DNA of 64,000 nucleotides from a bacterium (lineage in GTDB: Bacteria; Patescibacteriota; Minisyncoccia; UBA6257; GWB1-50-10): assembly GCA_002686365.1 (NCBI GenBank), contig NZBZ01000020.1:55484-119483 (forward strand), in the 5' to 3' direction. How positions within the stretch are numbered: position 1 is the first letter of the stretch; every line of letters begins with the position of its first letter. Positions 19,564 through 29,587 of the stretch are shown here, one piece after another. The translations under genes were made by a program, and so were the position numbers. Under the pieces are notes generated by a model. It saw only the letters and a program-made list of their open reading frames with translations, had not been told where the DNA came from and did not search any database.

Positions 19564-20856
19564 ATGAAATGCATGGAAAATGCAGCTATAAAAGCAGTAA
19601 CAAAGGGCCCAAAACAGCACTTTTTTGGCTTTCATGACCTCTGCCCGTGGGATGAGGGGGAGAGACATATGCTTGCTATGGAGACGAGTTTTCTGGATAG
19701 AATGCCTACTCCAAAAGACACAGCAGGAATCTGCCTAATAGATCTGGAAAGAGATGTAACAGAAGTACTTGCAGAGACCAGCGCATGGAACTTTCAGCAG
19801 GGCGCGCGCCTTCAGTGGATACCGAATAAACAAGACCACATCATCTACAACGACCGGCGAGACGGCCGGTTTGTTTCGGTAATTTACGACATAAAAAAGA
19901 AAAAAGAAATAAACGTCTTGGAATATCCGATATACGCAGTACATCCGGACGGCACATTCGCCTTGGGATTGGATTTTGCTTGGTTGCTTAAACACGGGGG
20001 GTACGGATACACGTCTGCCATTTCAGTAGAAACTCAAGACGACGGTGAAAGGAGTATCGAGAAAGAGAATGGGATCAGGAAGGTGAATATAAAAACCGGA
20101 GAGTCAAAACTTATTATTTCAACTTACAGCGTGATGCACCTGCAAAACAAACCCGGTAAAGACGAACATCATGTCTTGACGCACGCAACATTTAATCCAA
20201 GCGGCACGAGAATCTGTTTCGTTGATAAGTTTCTCTTGCCAGACGGTGGGTTTATGCAGAGGCCGATAACGGCAAACCCTGACGGAAGCGACCTGTACGT
20301 TCTCCCCGGACACATCTCTCACTTTGACTGGAAGAGCGATACGGAAATCCTTGGGTATGGAAAGTTCAGTCCCAAGGCAATGGCACTGCGGAAGAGGGGA
20401 CTGCTAAAGCACCCTCTTCTGCGCCCGGCACTATATGTTGCAAGAAAGCTCCGCGGAGGAGTAAAGCAGAAGATCGCAGGGCAGAGCTACTTTCTTTTAA
20501 AAGACAAGACTCGAAAGGTAGAACGTATTGCAGTAGGACGCATGACTGAGGACGGACACCCGCAATTTTCTCCTGATAAAAAGTGGATTGTAACTGATAC
20601 GTATCCAGACAAGGAAAATAAAAGAACGCTCATACTTTATAATTGGAATACTGGAGAGAGAATTGACATAGAACGTTTTTTATCGTTACCTGATAGTCTC
20701 CCTGACATTAAGTCTGACTGGAACGTAAGCGGGATGCGCTCAGACCTGCATCCAAGATGGAATAGAAGCGGAACACAAATCTGTTTTGATTCAGTTGATA
20801 AGGAGTCAAAACAGATATATGTCGCAGATGTAGACAGTATTACGCATGGAAAATAA
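19564..20856 (+). CDS. TolB-like/oligogalacturonate-lyase-like beta-propeller protein
   Basis: HFFGF..PW, AWNFQQGARLQW, DGHPQFSPD, TDTYPD, RSDLHPRW. Confidence 0.75.
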   Translation: MKCMENAAIKAVTKGPKQHFFGFHDLCPWDEGERHMLAMETSFLDRMPTPKDTAGICLIDLERDVTEVLAETSAWNFQQGARLQWIPNKQDHIIYNDRRDGRFVSVIYDIKKKKEINVLEYPIYAVHPDGTFALGLDFAWLLKHGGYGYTSAISVETQDDGERSIEKENGIRKVNIKTGESKLIISTYSVMHLQNKPGKDEHHVLTHATFNPSGTRICFVDKFLLPDGGFMQRPITANPDGSDLYVLPGHISHFDWKSDTEILGYGKFSPKAMALRKRGLLKHPLLRPALYVARKLRGGVKQKIAGQSYFLLKDKTRKVERIAVGRMTEDGHPQFSPDKKWIVTDTYPDKENKRTLILYNWNTGERIDIERFLSLPDSLPDIKSDWNVSGMRSDLHPRWNRSGTQICFDSVDKESKQIYVADVDSITHGK

Positions 20857-21904
20857 TACATACAAAAAAATAGTAGTAGTTGGACCTAATCATCCGGATT
20901 CTCTGCCTAAATGTACCTATATCGCGCTTCAGGATATGGGATATTCAGTATCTCTCGTAGATGATCGCGCAATAATGGGAGGGTCATATGCAAAAGATAT
21001 AGAAAAGAGAGGGAACCCGCGGCGAAGTACATTAATAAAACTTCGTATAAAAGAAGCAAGAATGCAGCTAAGCCCAAAGTATGAAGAAAAAGTATTTCAA
21101 AAAGTTGCAGATAAAGTAATAGAGCATGAGCCAGATCTCGTCATTATTCATAATGGCAGAACTCCGGCGCATACCATAAAGAGAATAAAGGAACGCGCCA
21201 AAGCAAAAGTAATACTGTGGTTTGCAGATCACCCTGCGAATTTGGGAAGACAGTATATGTTTCTGGCTCAGTATGACGCAATGTTTTTTAAGGATAAGTA
21301 CATAGTAGATATGGCGCGACGAATAAATCTGCCGGCATATTATCTGCCGGAGTCTGTAATGCCTAAGTGGCATAAGAAGGTGGAGTTAACAGAAGAAGAA
21401 AAGAAAATATACAGCTGTGAGATAACAACTGCAGGAAATATGTATCCATATCGCGCCCGCATATTTGAGGAGCTTACAAAAGAATTTGATGTGAAGCTCT
21501 GGGGACCGTCAATTCCAAAGTGGCTTTACTCCAAGGCAATACGAAAAGCGCATCAGCACAAAAGCGTGATGGAGCTGGACAAGGCAAAAGCATTTGCAGG
21601 AGCAGATATTGTAGTAAATACTTTTCAGGCTGAGGTACAGGGCGTTAATCTTCGTACATTTGAAGCAGCAGCATGCAGCGCATTTCAAATCTGCGAATAT
21701 AGGAAGGAGCTAGAAGAACTTTTCGAAATAGGGAAGGAGATAGTTGTATTCAAAAATATTGATGAGCTGAAGGAGAAGGTTCGATACTATCTAAAGAATC
21801 CTGAAGAGCGTAAGAATATTGCAGAAGCTGGAATGCGTCGCGCCCAAAGCTACACATATGCGCATCGCATAGAGGAGATATTCCAGACTTTGAAAAATAT
21901 ATGA
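20846..21904 (+). CDS. CgeB-family glycosyltransferase
   Basis: WFADHP, NLRTFEAAAC, YYLKNPEER..IA. Confidence 0.85.
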   Translation: MENNTYKKIVVVGPNHPDSLPKCTYIALQDMGYSVSLVDDRAIMGGSYAKDIEKRGNPRRSTLIKLRIKEARMQLSPKYEEKVFQKVADKVIEHEPDLVIIHNGRTPAHTIKRIKERAKAKVILWFADHPANLGRQYMFLAQYDAMFFKDKYIVDMARRINLPAYYLPESVMPKWHKKVELTEEEKKIYSCEITTAGNMYPYRARIFEELTKEFDVKLWGPSIPKWLYSKAIRKAHQHKSVMELDKAKAFAGADIVVNTFQAEVQGVNLRTFEAAACSAFQICEYRKELEELFEIGKEIVVFKNIDELKEKVRYYLKNPEERKNIAEAGMRRAQSYTYAHRIEEIFQTLKNI

Positions 21905-24312
21905 CAAGAGAAAAAACCATAAAACACATGCTTCATGAGCTTGAGAAACGCAGAATTAAATACTGCATCCTTCGAAATTATGAAGATTTGGAAGAAGAAG
22001 AGGAGAATGACATAGACATATTAGTAGAGCAGGGAAAAGAGAAGGAGGTTCGAGAGATAACGCAAGATGTTGCAAAAGAAAATGAGTGGAATATTCAGGA
22101 GAGAAACCCGCAAGGCCTGTATTTTATTTTGTATAGATGGAATAAAAAATATTGGGAGAATATCAGGTTTGATATTGTAACAAAGATGGAGATGAAGGGC
22201 GTAGAATATTTGGAAACAAAAGAAGTACTCGAGCGCAGAAAAAAACATAAAAAGGGATTTTATATTCCGGGTTTTGAGCATGAGGCAATTCATCTTATGG
22301 CAAAGGCCCAATTTGGAAATCCTGAAAATAAGGAAAAATATGAAAAAAGAATTCAGGAATTAACTAATAACACGCCATATAAGTTAGATGATGAAATTGA
22401 AAAAAGAATTAAGGCAGGAGCGCGAAAAAATAGCTGGAAGCGGATAAGAAATGGATTGTGGCGCAGAATACGGCCAACTGGAAGTTTTATAGTAATAGCT
22501 GGTCCGGACGGTGTGGGAAAGTCCACAACTGCGGAACACATCACAAAAATATTCAAAACGTTTCATCAGGGAGTAGAGCATATGCACCTTGGTTTCCGGC
22601 CGAATATTCTTCCAGCCCGGAAGGGGGGGCATCAGCAGAATCCAGAGGGAGAGGAGAGTGTGCGGAAGATGCCGGGATGGATACGATTTATCTATCACAC
22701 ATTAGATTACATCCTCGGATATTGGTTTAAGATTCGACCAGCTCTTGCCAGGGGGAAAATTGTAATTGCCGAACGGTACTATTATGGCTTTTTAGTTGAT
22801 CCTCGGGCGCATAAGCGTTATCAGATTCCAGAGTGGCTGCTGCGCACAGTATTTTTTATATGTATTCCAAAGCCAAAAGGATTTCTTCTTCTGACTAATG
22901 ATTCAAAAGAAATTATAAAACGCAGGCAGGAGCATTCTGAAGAAGAAACCGATCGTCAGATAATAGAATACGAAAAATGGGGAAGAAAAGCGCGGTATTT
23001 TTGGAAAATACGCACAGATAAGCCGGCAGATAGTGCAGCAATACAGGCTGTGCGGTATATAAAAGAAACGCATACAGCATGGAAAAAATATGCTCCATAT
23101 CGGCTTGCAGTTCTTGCCTCGCACCCAATACAGTATCAGGCTCCTCTATGGAAGAAGATAGCCGAACACCAGCATATAGACCTTAAGGTTTACTACTGTG
23201 TAGATTGGGGAGTTGAAAAGCCTCAGTATGATCCAAAGTTTTTTAACACTCCATACAAGTGGGACATCCCGCTTCTTGAGGGGTACACATATGAATTTTT
23301 AAAAAACTACTCTCCAAAACCAGGCCCATACTTGGGAGGATGTATTAATCCAAATATTGCTTTCAAGCTTTGGAAGCATAAGTATGACGCAGTTGTAATT
23401 ATGGGTTGGATGGATATTACATTTTGGTTTGCCTATTTGGCAGCGCTTGTTGGACGCACTCCGGTTTTTCTGCGAGCTGTATCATCTTCGTATTTTGATA
23501 AGTATGGAAAACGTTCTAATATTTTGCTCTTTTTGAAAAAAACAGTATTGAGAAATCTATTTCGATATTTTGTTTCAGGATTTCTTGCAATTGGCACAAG
23601 AAACAGAGATTTCTATCTTGAGTATGGAGTTAAGAAAAAAAATATATTTCACTTTCCTTATGCAGTAGACAATAACTTCTTTGCGAAAGAAGCAGAAAAG
23701 CATGAAAAACATCGCGCAAAAATCAGAAAAAAAATGAATATTGATTCAGACGCCGCAGTAATACTATTTGCAGCCAGATTTATACCCCGAAGACATCCAG
23801 AGCATGCGATTAAGGCATTTGAAAAACTTACTGCACACAGCAAGAAGACGAACGCGCATCTTCTAATGGTGGGGGACGGAGAGATGATGGACGAACTTAA
23901 AAAAGAGGTAGAAGAAAAGGAGCTATCAAATGTATGTTTTGTTGGATTTAAAAATCAGAAAGATCTTGTAAAAATGTATTCTATCTCTGATGTATTTGTT
24001 CGCGCAGATGAGACAATTGAGACCGGAGATTGGGGGGCAACTGTAAATGAGGCAATGGCCTGCGGTTTGCCAATAGTCTGTGCTGATGCTGCAGCATCAA
24101 ACGTTGATCTAATACAGAGAGGGAAAAATGGATATGTATACACATTTGGTGATATGGAGGAGTTCGCAGGCAGTATCAGCAAGGTAATTCAGAATAAAAA
24201 GCAGTTAGAATCAATGAAAAGGAAATCAAAAGAAATTATCTCAAAATGGAGTTATAAAGAAGATGTAGAGGGAATACTTGAGGCACTTGGGAATTATCCT
24301 CATAGATACTAG
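21901..24312 (+). CDS. Three-domain fusion: nucleotidyltransferase-like + thymidylate-kinase-like P-loop + GT4 glycosyltransferase
   Basis: YCILRNY...DIDILV; GPDGVGKST...ERY; SHPIQYQAP...WGATVNEAMACG. Confidence 0.8.
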   Translation: MTREKTIKHMLHELEKRRIKYCILRNYEDLEEEEENDIDILVEQGKEKEVREITQDVAKENEWNIQERNPQGLYFILYRWNKKYWENIRFDIVTKMEMKGVEYLETKEVLERRKKHKKGFYIPGFEHEAIHLMAKAQFGNPENKEKYEKRIQELTNNTPYKLDDEIEKRIKAGARKNSWKRIRNGLWRRIRPTGSFIVIAGPDGVGKSTTAEHITKIFKTFHQGVEHMHLGFRPNILPARKGGHQQNPEGEESVRKMPGWIRFIYHTLDYILGYWFKIRPALARGKIVIAERYYYGFLVDPRAHKRYQIPEWLLRTVFFICIPKPKGFLLLTNDSKEIIKRRQEHSEEETDRQIIEYEKWGRKARYFWKIRTDKPADSAAIQAVRYIKETHTAWKKYAPYRLAVLASHPIQYQAPLWKKIAEHQHIDLKVYYCVDWGVEKPQYDPKFFNTPYKWDIPLLEGYTYEFLKNYSPKPGPYLGGCINPNIAFKLWKHKYDAVVIMGWMDITFWFAYLAALVGRTPVFLRAVSSSYFDKYGKRSNILLFLKKTVLRNLFRYFVSGFLAIGTRNRDFYLEYGVKKKNIFHFPYAVDNNFFAKEAEKHEKHRAKIRKKMNIDSDAAVILFAARFIPRRHPEHAIKAFEKLTAHSKKTNAHLLMVGDGEMMDELKKEVEEKELSNVCFVGFKNQKDLVKMYSISDVFVRADETIETGDWGATVNEAMACGLPIVCADAAASNVDLIQRGKNGYVYTFGDMEEFAGSISKVIQNKKQLESMKRKSKEIISKWSYKEDVEGILEALGNYPHRY

Positions 24313-24357
24313 CCTATTCTTGCCAAAAATGAATATTAGCTGTATTGTAAGTCTATT

Positions 24358-25398
24358 GTGAAACCAGTTAATTTCGCTATCTTAGGATGCGGAAAAATAG
24401 GCGTACGTCACGCGGAAAAGCTCCAAAAAGTAAAAGGAGCTTCTTTAGTTGCGGTCTGTGATAGTGCGAAAGAACGCGCTGATGAGCTGGCTAAAAAATA
24501 TAACATTAAGGCCTATTACGATATTAAAGATTTGATGAAAGATCCAAAAGTGGATTTTGTTAATGTATGCACTCCATCAGGATTTCATCCGGACCATTCC
24601 ATTCAGTCCTTAGACGCGGGCAAAAATGTCCTTTGTGAAAAGCCAATGGCATTTCGTGAAGCTGATGCGCACAATATGATGGAGGTTGCAAAGAAAAACA
24701 ATAAGATGCTTTTTGTAGTAAAGCAGAACCGCCACAATCCTCCGGTAAAGCTCGTCAGTAAATTACTGCAGGAAGGAAAATTTGGTAAACCAATAAAGTG
24801 TGTAGTTAATGTGTTCTGGAATAGAAATGAGGATTATTACAAAAGTGAAAAATGGCGAGGCACGCTAGAGATGGATGGGGGAACACTCTGCTCTCAGGCA
24901 AGCCATTTTGTTGATCTTATGCTCGCATTTTTTGGAGAACCAAAGTCAGTGTATGCGCTCATGGATACAAAAAAGCAGAAAATAGAAGCCGAAGATACAG
25001 GAGTGATTGCAATTGAATTCGCAAATGGCGCCTGCGGCTCATTTAACTACACAACCTGTGTAACACACAAAAATATCGAAGGATCAATTCTTCTTATTGG
25101 AACCGAGGGAACAGTAAAAATTGGAGGCGAATATTTAAACACCATTGAGCAGTTTCAGGTAAACGGCATGGACTCATATGAGTTAGAGAAATCAAACGCA
25201 GGACCTAATGACTATGGAACTTACAAAGGCTCTATGTCGAACCACGATAAAGTTTTCGAGGCAATAGTGGCAAAAGTAAGAGGCGAGGATAAGCACAACG
25301 GAACATTAATTTCCGGCAAGCCAGCTATTGCTACTGTTAGATTTATTGAAAAAACCATTGAGTCCGCAAAAACAGGCCAGAAGATTTATTTTGTATAG
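24358..25398 (+). CDS. Gfo/Idh/MocA oxidoreductase (WlbA/WbpB-like nucleotide-sugar 3-dehydrogenase)
   Basis: GCGKIG, TPSGFH, CEKP, VKQNR.NPP, WRGT..MDGG, QASHFVD. Confidence 0.85.
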   Translation: MKPVNFAILGCGKIGVRHAEKLQKVKGASLVAVCDSAKERADELAKKYNIKAYYDIKDLMKDPKVDFVNVCTPSGFHPDHSIQSLDAGKNVLCEKPMAFREADAHNMMEVAKKNNKMLFVVKQNRHNPPVKLVSKLLQEGKFGKPIKCVVNVFWNRNEDYYKSEKWRGTLEMDGGTLCSQASHFVDLMLAFFGEPKSVYALMDTKKQKIEAEDTGVIAIEFANGACGSFNYTTCVTHKNIEGSILLIGTEGTVKIGGEYLNTIEQFQVNGMDSYELEKSNAGPNDYGTYKGSMSNHDKVFEAIVAKVRGEDKHNGTLISGKPAIATVRFIEKTIESAKTGQKIYFV

Positions 25399-25458
25399 CG
25401 CATGAGTCCCGTTAGAAACAGCTAAATAGAATATGGTGTTTATGCAAACAAGCAAAAT

Positions 25459-26730
25459 ATGCCAAACAATACTAACGACCAAAGAAGGATAGAGCTAGGA
25501 ACAAGAAAAGATAAGCAGACAGTAGTAATAGCAAGAACGCTATCCGATGTAACCAATCTTGTAACACCGGGCACATTCGTTCTCTTTGTAAAAGAGGCTT
25601 GTGAAAAAGACTCCATGCTAATGGTCAGTGAGGCCATACGAAGAGGAGCTATCGGTATACTATTTGAAAAAACCGGTCGACTCGATCATGGCATCGTCGC
25701 CGCTAGCGAACTCGGTGTCCCAATAACATCACTAAATAAGAACATTGAGCAGCTTGATACAGGAGAACTCTACAAGGGGGTGCGCAAGCTTCTCTCAGAG
25801 ATAAAAAATATAGCTGACAGTGCTCCTGCAGAAGAGAATTTTATTCCAACCGTTCATCCTGTGAAAATAAACTTAGGGTTTCCGATAACTCTCAGTAAAT
25901 TTCCCGCACTTTCCAAGTTGGTTGATGGAGTTGCTTTTGCCAGACTCGAGTTCGTCATTACCGAGATCATAAAAGGAGAACATCCCCTTGCCTACATTTC
26001 CCGGACATCGGAAAGGAAGTTTATCTCCTTGCTGGCCGAACAACTTACAATCATCGCTAAAGAATTCTCCGGAAAACCAGTCTGGTTCCGTACAGACGAT
26101 TTCTGCGCTAATCAACTCTTAACATTGATAGGAGGAAAAGAAAGAGAGGTCTTTGAGGCCAATGAGTATCTGGGATGGAGGGGTATACGGAGGTCCCTTG
26201 ACCAGCCATCCTGGATTACACTACAATTCCTCGCCATCAAAGAACTCGTAGACAAGGGATTCGATAATATAGGAATATTTCCCCCTATGACGAGTTCAGT
26301 TGAAGAATATCTACAGTGGATAAAATTAGCGGAGAAAGCCGGGCTGAATTCCAAAATAGTAAAATTCGGCATAATGGTAGAAACTCCCGCTTGCGCTCTT
26401 ACCTTTGAAGACTTTACTCCACATCTAAGTTTCGTAGTTTTCGGCACCAACGACCTAACTCAATTCACTCTAGCTATCGACCGATCCAATCCTCGACTTG
26501 AGAACAAATTCATCGAGAACAGTAAAGCGGTGTTGGCACTCATGAAAAGAGTGATTACAATATGTAAAGAGAATAATATAGAAACAACCGTGGGTGGCCA
26601 AGCGGGGTTTAACGTCGACTTTATAAAGGAGCTCCTCGGCTATGGACTAACCGGCACCTCCGTAACTCCGCGCCCAGCAACCATACAAAAATTTAAGAAA
26701 CTCTTCCAAGAATATGAAAAAAACAATTAA
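25459..26730 (+). CDS. PEP-utilising enzyme (phospho-His domain + PEP/pyruvate-binding barrel, no ATP-grasp domain)
   Basis: TGRLDHGIVAASELGVP; PVWFRTDDF; EANEYLGWRGIRR; GIMVETP; GTNDLTQFTLAIDR. Confidence 0.8.
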   Translation: MPNNTNDQRRIELGTRKDKQTVVIARTLSDVTNLVTPGTFVLFVKEACEKDSMLMVSEAIRRGAIGILFEKTGRLDHGIVAASELGVPITSLNKNIEQLDTGELYKGVRKLLSEIKNIADSAPAEENFIPTVHPVKINLGFPITLSKFPALSKLVDGVAFARLEFVITEIIKGEHPLAYISRTSERKFISLLAEQLTIIAKEFSGKPVWFRTDDFCANQLLTLIGGKEREVFEANEYLGWRGIRRSLDQPSWITLQFLAIKELVDKGFDNIGIFPPMTSSVEEYLQWIKLAEKAGLNSKIVKFGIMVETPACALTFEDFTPHLSFVVFGTNDLTQFTLAIDRSNPRLENKFIENSKAVLALMKRVITICKENNIETTVGGQAGFNVDFIKELLGYGLTGTSVTPRPATIQKFKKLFQEYEKNN

Positions 26731-27799
26731 AGGAACAAAAAGAATACTCGTAACCTCTGCGGGTGGATATGCAGCCGTAGGGTTTTGTAATGCGCTTAAA
26801 AGATCAAAAAACCCTTACCATATTGTCTGTACTGACGCCGACCCCCTAAAACTCCCCTTTGCGAGCGGTGACAAAAAGTATCTCGTACCTCCAGCCGGAG
26901 ACAAAAACTACGTCGATGTCTTAAACACCATTATAGAAAAAAACAACATTGAGTTTCTGCACTCTCAGCAAACTAATGAACTTGCTTATATAGAAACTGT
27001 GAGGGATAAGATAAAAACAAAGCTTTTTATCCCGCCTCACCGCTCTTTTGAAATTGCAAACGACAAATTCAAAACCCACCAAGAGCTCTCACGTCACAAG
27101 CTTCCCGTTCCCCAATCCATCTTTGTCGAGGAAAAAAACGACATCGAAAAGGCCTTCAAAACAATTAAAGGCCCACTATGGTTCAGGGCCATCAGGGGCT
27201 CAGGCGGTAAGGGAAGTCTGCTCATCAAAGACAAAAATATTGCAGAAGCCTGGGTCACATATTGGGACGGCTTTAGCAACTTCATGGCCAGCGCTTACTT
27301 GCCAGGGAAAAACTTAGGTTGGGACTGTATCTGGAAAAACGGAGAGCTCCTAGCCAGTTATGGCAAAGAAAGAATTTCCTACGCTCTAGGCAGTAGCAGT
27401 CCTTCCGGAATCTCAGGCACAGCCGGAGTCATACGACCAGTCATAAGAAAAGACATCGATGACCTAGGGAAAAAGACCATTCTCGCGATTGAGAAAAAAC
27501 CTCACGGTGCATACTCCGTTGACTTTAAAGAGGATGCAAACGGAAACCCGCACATCACAGAGATTAACCCGGGAAGATTTCTGACCTCATCCCTAGTCTT
27601 TTTTGCTGAGACCGGGTCCAACCTCCCTGAGCTGCACATAAAAGCCGCCTTTAACGAAGAAAAAGACGAACACTTCAGTTACAGAGAAGATCTCTTTCTG
27701 ATTCGATCCCTTGATCATACGCCTATTATCTTGGACAAGCAGTATTTTAACTCGATTGAAAAACAGATGGGCGAACAGGGCTTTGCCGAACTCACCTAA
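26714..27799 (+). CDS. ATP-grasp domain protein
   Basis: ILVTSAGG, DKFKT, GSGGKG, YLPG, EINPGRF. Confidence 0.85.
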   Translation: MKKTIKGTKRILVTSAGGYAAVGFCNALKRSKNPYHIVCTDADPLKLPFASGDKKYLVPPAGDKNYVDVLNTIIEKNNIEFLHSQQTNELAYIETVRDKIKTKLFIPPHRSFEIANDKFKTHQELSRHKLPVPQSIFVEEKNDIEKAFKTIKGPLWFRAIRGSGGKGSLLIKDKNIAEAWVTYWDGFSNFMASAYLPGKNLGWDCIWKNGELLASYGKERISYALGSSSPSGISGTAGVIRPVIRKDIDDLGKKTILAIEKKPHGAYSVDFKEDANGNPHITEINPGRFLTSSLVFFAETGSNLPELHIKAAFNEEKDEHFSYREDLFLIRSLDHTPIILDKQYFNSIEKQMGEQGFAELT

Positions 27800-27811
27800 C
27801 TTCCTAAAACA

Positions 27812-28438
27812 ATGAACATATTTTTCGACTTAGATGGTACACTCATTGATATCTCTGAAAAGTATTTTCAGGTGTATAAGAATTTTATGGAGCAGAAGGC
27901 CATGTCTCCTCTTTCGAAAAAGCAATTTTGGCAAATGGTAAGAAGAGAAGAAAAAAAAGAGAATGTGCTAAAAAAAAGAGACTTGATAGGGGGATACAAG
28001 AAGTTCTTCTTGCAGCATATTGAGAGTGAAGAATACATACGGCATGATCGGCTCTTTGAATATGTGCTGCCTGTATTACAGGGGTTGCGACAGCAAGGGA
28101 GAGAGCTGATGTTAGTAACACTACGAAGAAACCGACATCAAGCGATAAAAGAAATACAGAAGTTGAAAATCAATAAGTACTTCAAGAAAGTATTCATCTG
28201 TTATCCAAGTAAAATCGTTGGAGAAAACTATAGAGTAAAAGCGCGCGCCATACAGGCTATAGCATCAAAGAAAGACGTGATCGTTGGAGACTCAAGGGCA
28301 GATATTATGGCAGGAAAGGAGTTGGGTCTGCAAACAATTGGGGTAACTTCAGGAATCCGTAACTATAATATGATAAGAAAACAAAAACCAAATCACATTG
28401 CCCGCGATATAAGAGCAATAAAAAAATTACATACATAG
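27812..28438 (+). CDS. HAD family hydrolase/phosphatase
   Basis: FFDLDGTLID, VGDSRADI. Confidence 0.9.
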   Translation: MNIFFDLDGTLIDISEKYFQVYKNFMEQKAMSPLSKKQFWQMVRREEKKENVLKKRDLIGGYKKFFLQHIESEEYIRHDRLFEYVLPVLQGLRQQGRELMLVTLRRNRHQAIKEIQKLKINKYFKKVFICYPSKIVGENYRVKARAIQAIASKKDVIVGDSRADIMAGKELGLQTIGVTSGIRNYNMIRKQKPNHIARDIRAIKKLHT

Positions 28439-28441
28439 TAT

Positions 28442-29566
28442 ATGAAGAAAATTCCATTAGTTGACCTACGGGCACAGTATCAGACCATAAAAGAGGAAAT
28501 TGATCAGGCAATCCAGGGCGCAATTCATAATTCAGCGTTTATTGGAGGTAAGTGTGTAGAGTTATTCGAGAACAAGTTCGCGGACTACATGGGCATCAAG
28601 CACTGTATTGGAGTAGGCAATGGAACCGACGCGATCTGGATAACGCTAAAGTGTCTAGGAATAAAGGAAGAAGATGAGGTGATCGTACCGGCAAACTCAT
28701 TCATGGCAACAGCTGAAGCAGTCACCATGGCAGGAGGCAGACCGATATTTATTGACTGTAACGAGTACTTCAATATTGATACGAAAAAAATAAAAGAGGC
28801 TATCACACCACGAACCAAGGCAATTGTCCCAGTGCACCTCTATGGTCAGCCCGCGAACATGGATGAGATAGGTATCATCGCAAAAAAGCACAATCTCTAT
28901 GTGGTGGAAGACGCGGCACAGGCTCATGGAGCAGAATACGCACCTTCCGAAGCCCGAGGGAGGGAGGGTAAAGGAGAGAAGGTTGGATCATCTGGTATCT
29001 GCGCGACATTTAGCTTTTATCCTGCAAAAAATCTGGGCGCATATGGTGATGGGGGAGCAATAGTAACAAATGATGATGAACTTGCAGAAAAGATAAGAAT
29101 GTTCGCAAATCATGGACGAAAGAGTAAGTATGACCATGAATTTGAGGGAACAAACAGCAGGCTTGATAGTCTCCAGGCGGCAATCCTTGATGTAAAGCTA
29201 AAGCATCTGGACAGCTGGATAGAAAAGAAGACTACAATAGCAAAAAGGTATGATGAAAAATTAAAAGACGCAGTGAGCATACCGAAAGTTCTGCCAAACG
29301 TAAAACACGCATACCATCTTTATGTTATACAGACGGATAGGAGGGATGTGCTAAAAGAAAAGCTGGAGAAAGCCGGAGTAGAAACAGGAATCCACTACCC
29401 AACACCTCTTCCGTTTTTAGGGGCGTATAAGAAGTTGAATCATAAGAAAGAAGACTTCCCAGAAGCTTGGAAAATGAAGGATAAGATTTTAAGCATCCCG
29501 ATATATCCGGAACTAACAGAAAAGCAGATTGCGCATATAATAGAGAATATGTTGACAGCGTTCTAA
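28442..29566 (+). CDS. DegT/DnrJ/EryC1/StrS sugar aminotransferase
   Basis: [41 protein letters not shown]. Confidence 0.95.
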   Translation: MKKIPLVDLRAQYQTIKEEIDQAIQGAIHNSAFIGGKCVELFENKFADYMGIKHCIGVGNGTDAIWITLKCLGIKEEDEVIVPANSFMATAEAVTMAGGRPIFIDCNEYFNIDTKKIKEAITPRTKAIVPVHLYGQPANMDEIGIIAKKHNLYVVEDAAQAHGAEYAPSEARGREGKGEKVGSSGICATFSFYPAKNLGAYGDGGAIVTNDDELAEKIRMFANHGRKSKYDHEFEGTNSRLDSLQAAILDVKLKHLDSWIEKKTTIAKRYDEKLKDAVSIPKVLPNVKHAYHLYVIQTDRRDVLKEKLEKAGVETGIHYPTPLPFLGAYKKLNHKKEDFPEAWKMKDKILSIPIYPELTEKQIAHIIENMLTAF

Positions 29567-29587
29567 GAAGGGCAGTAAACTGAGCAA

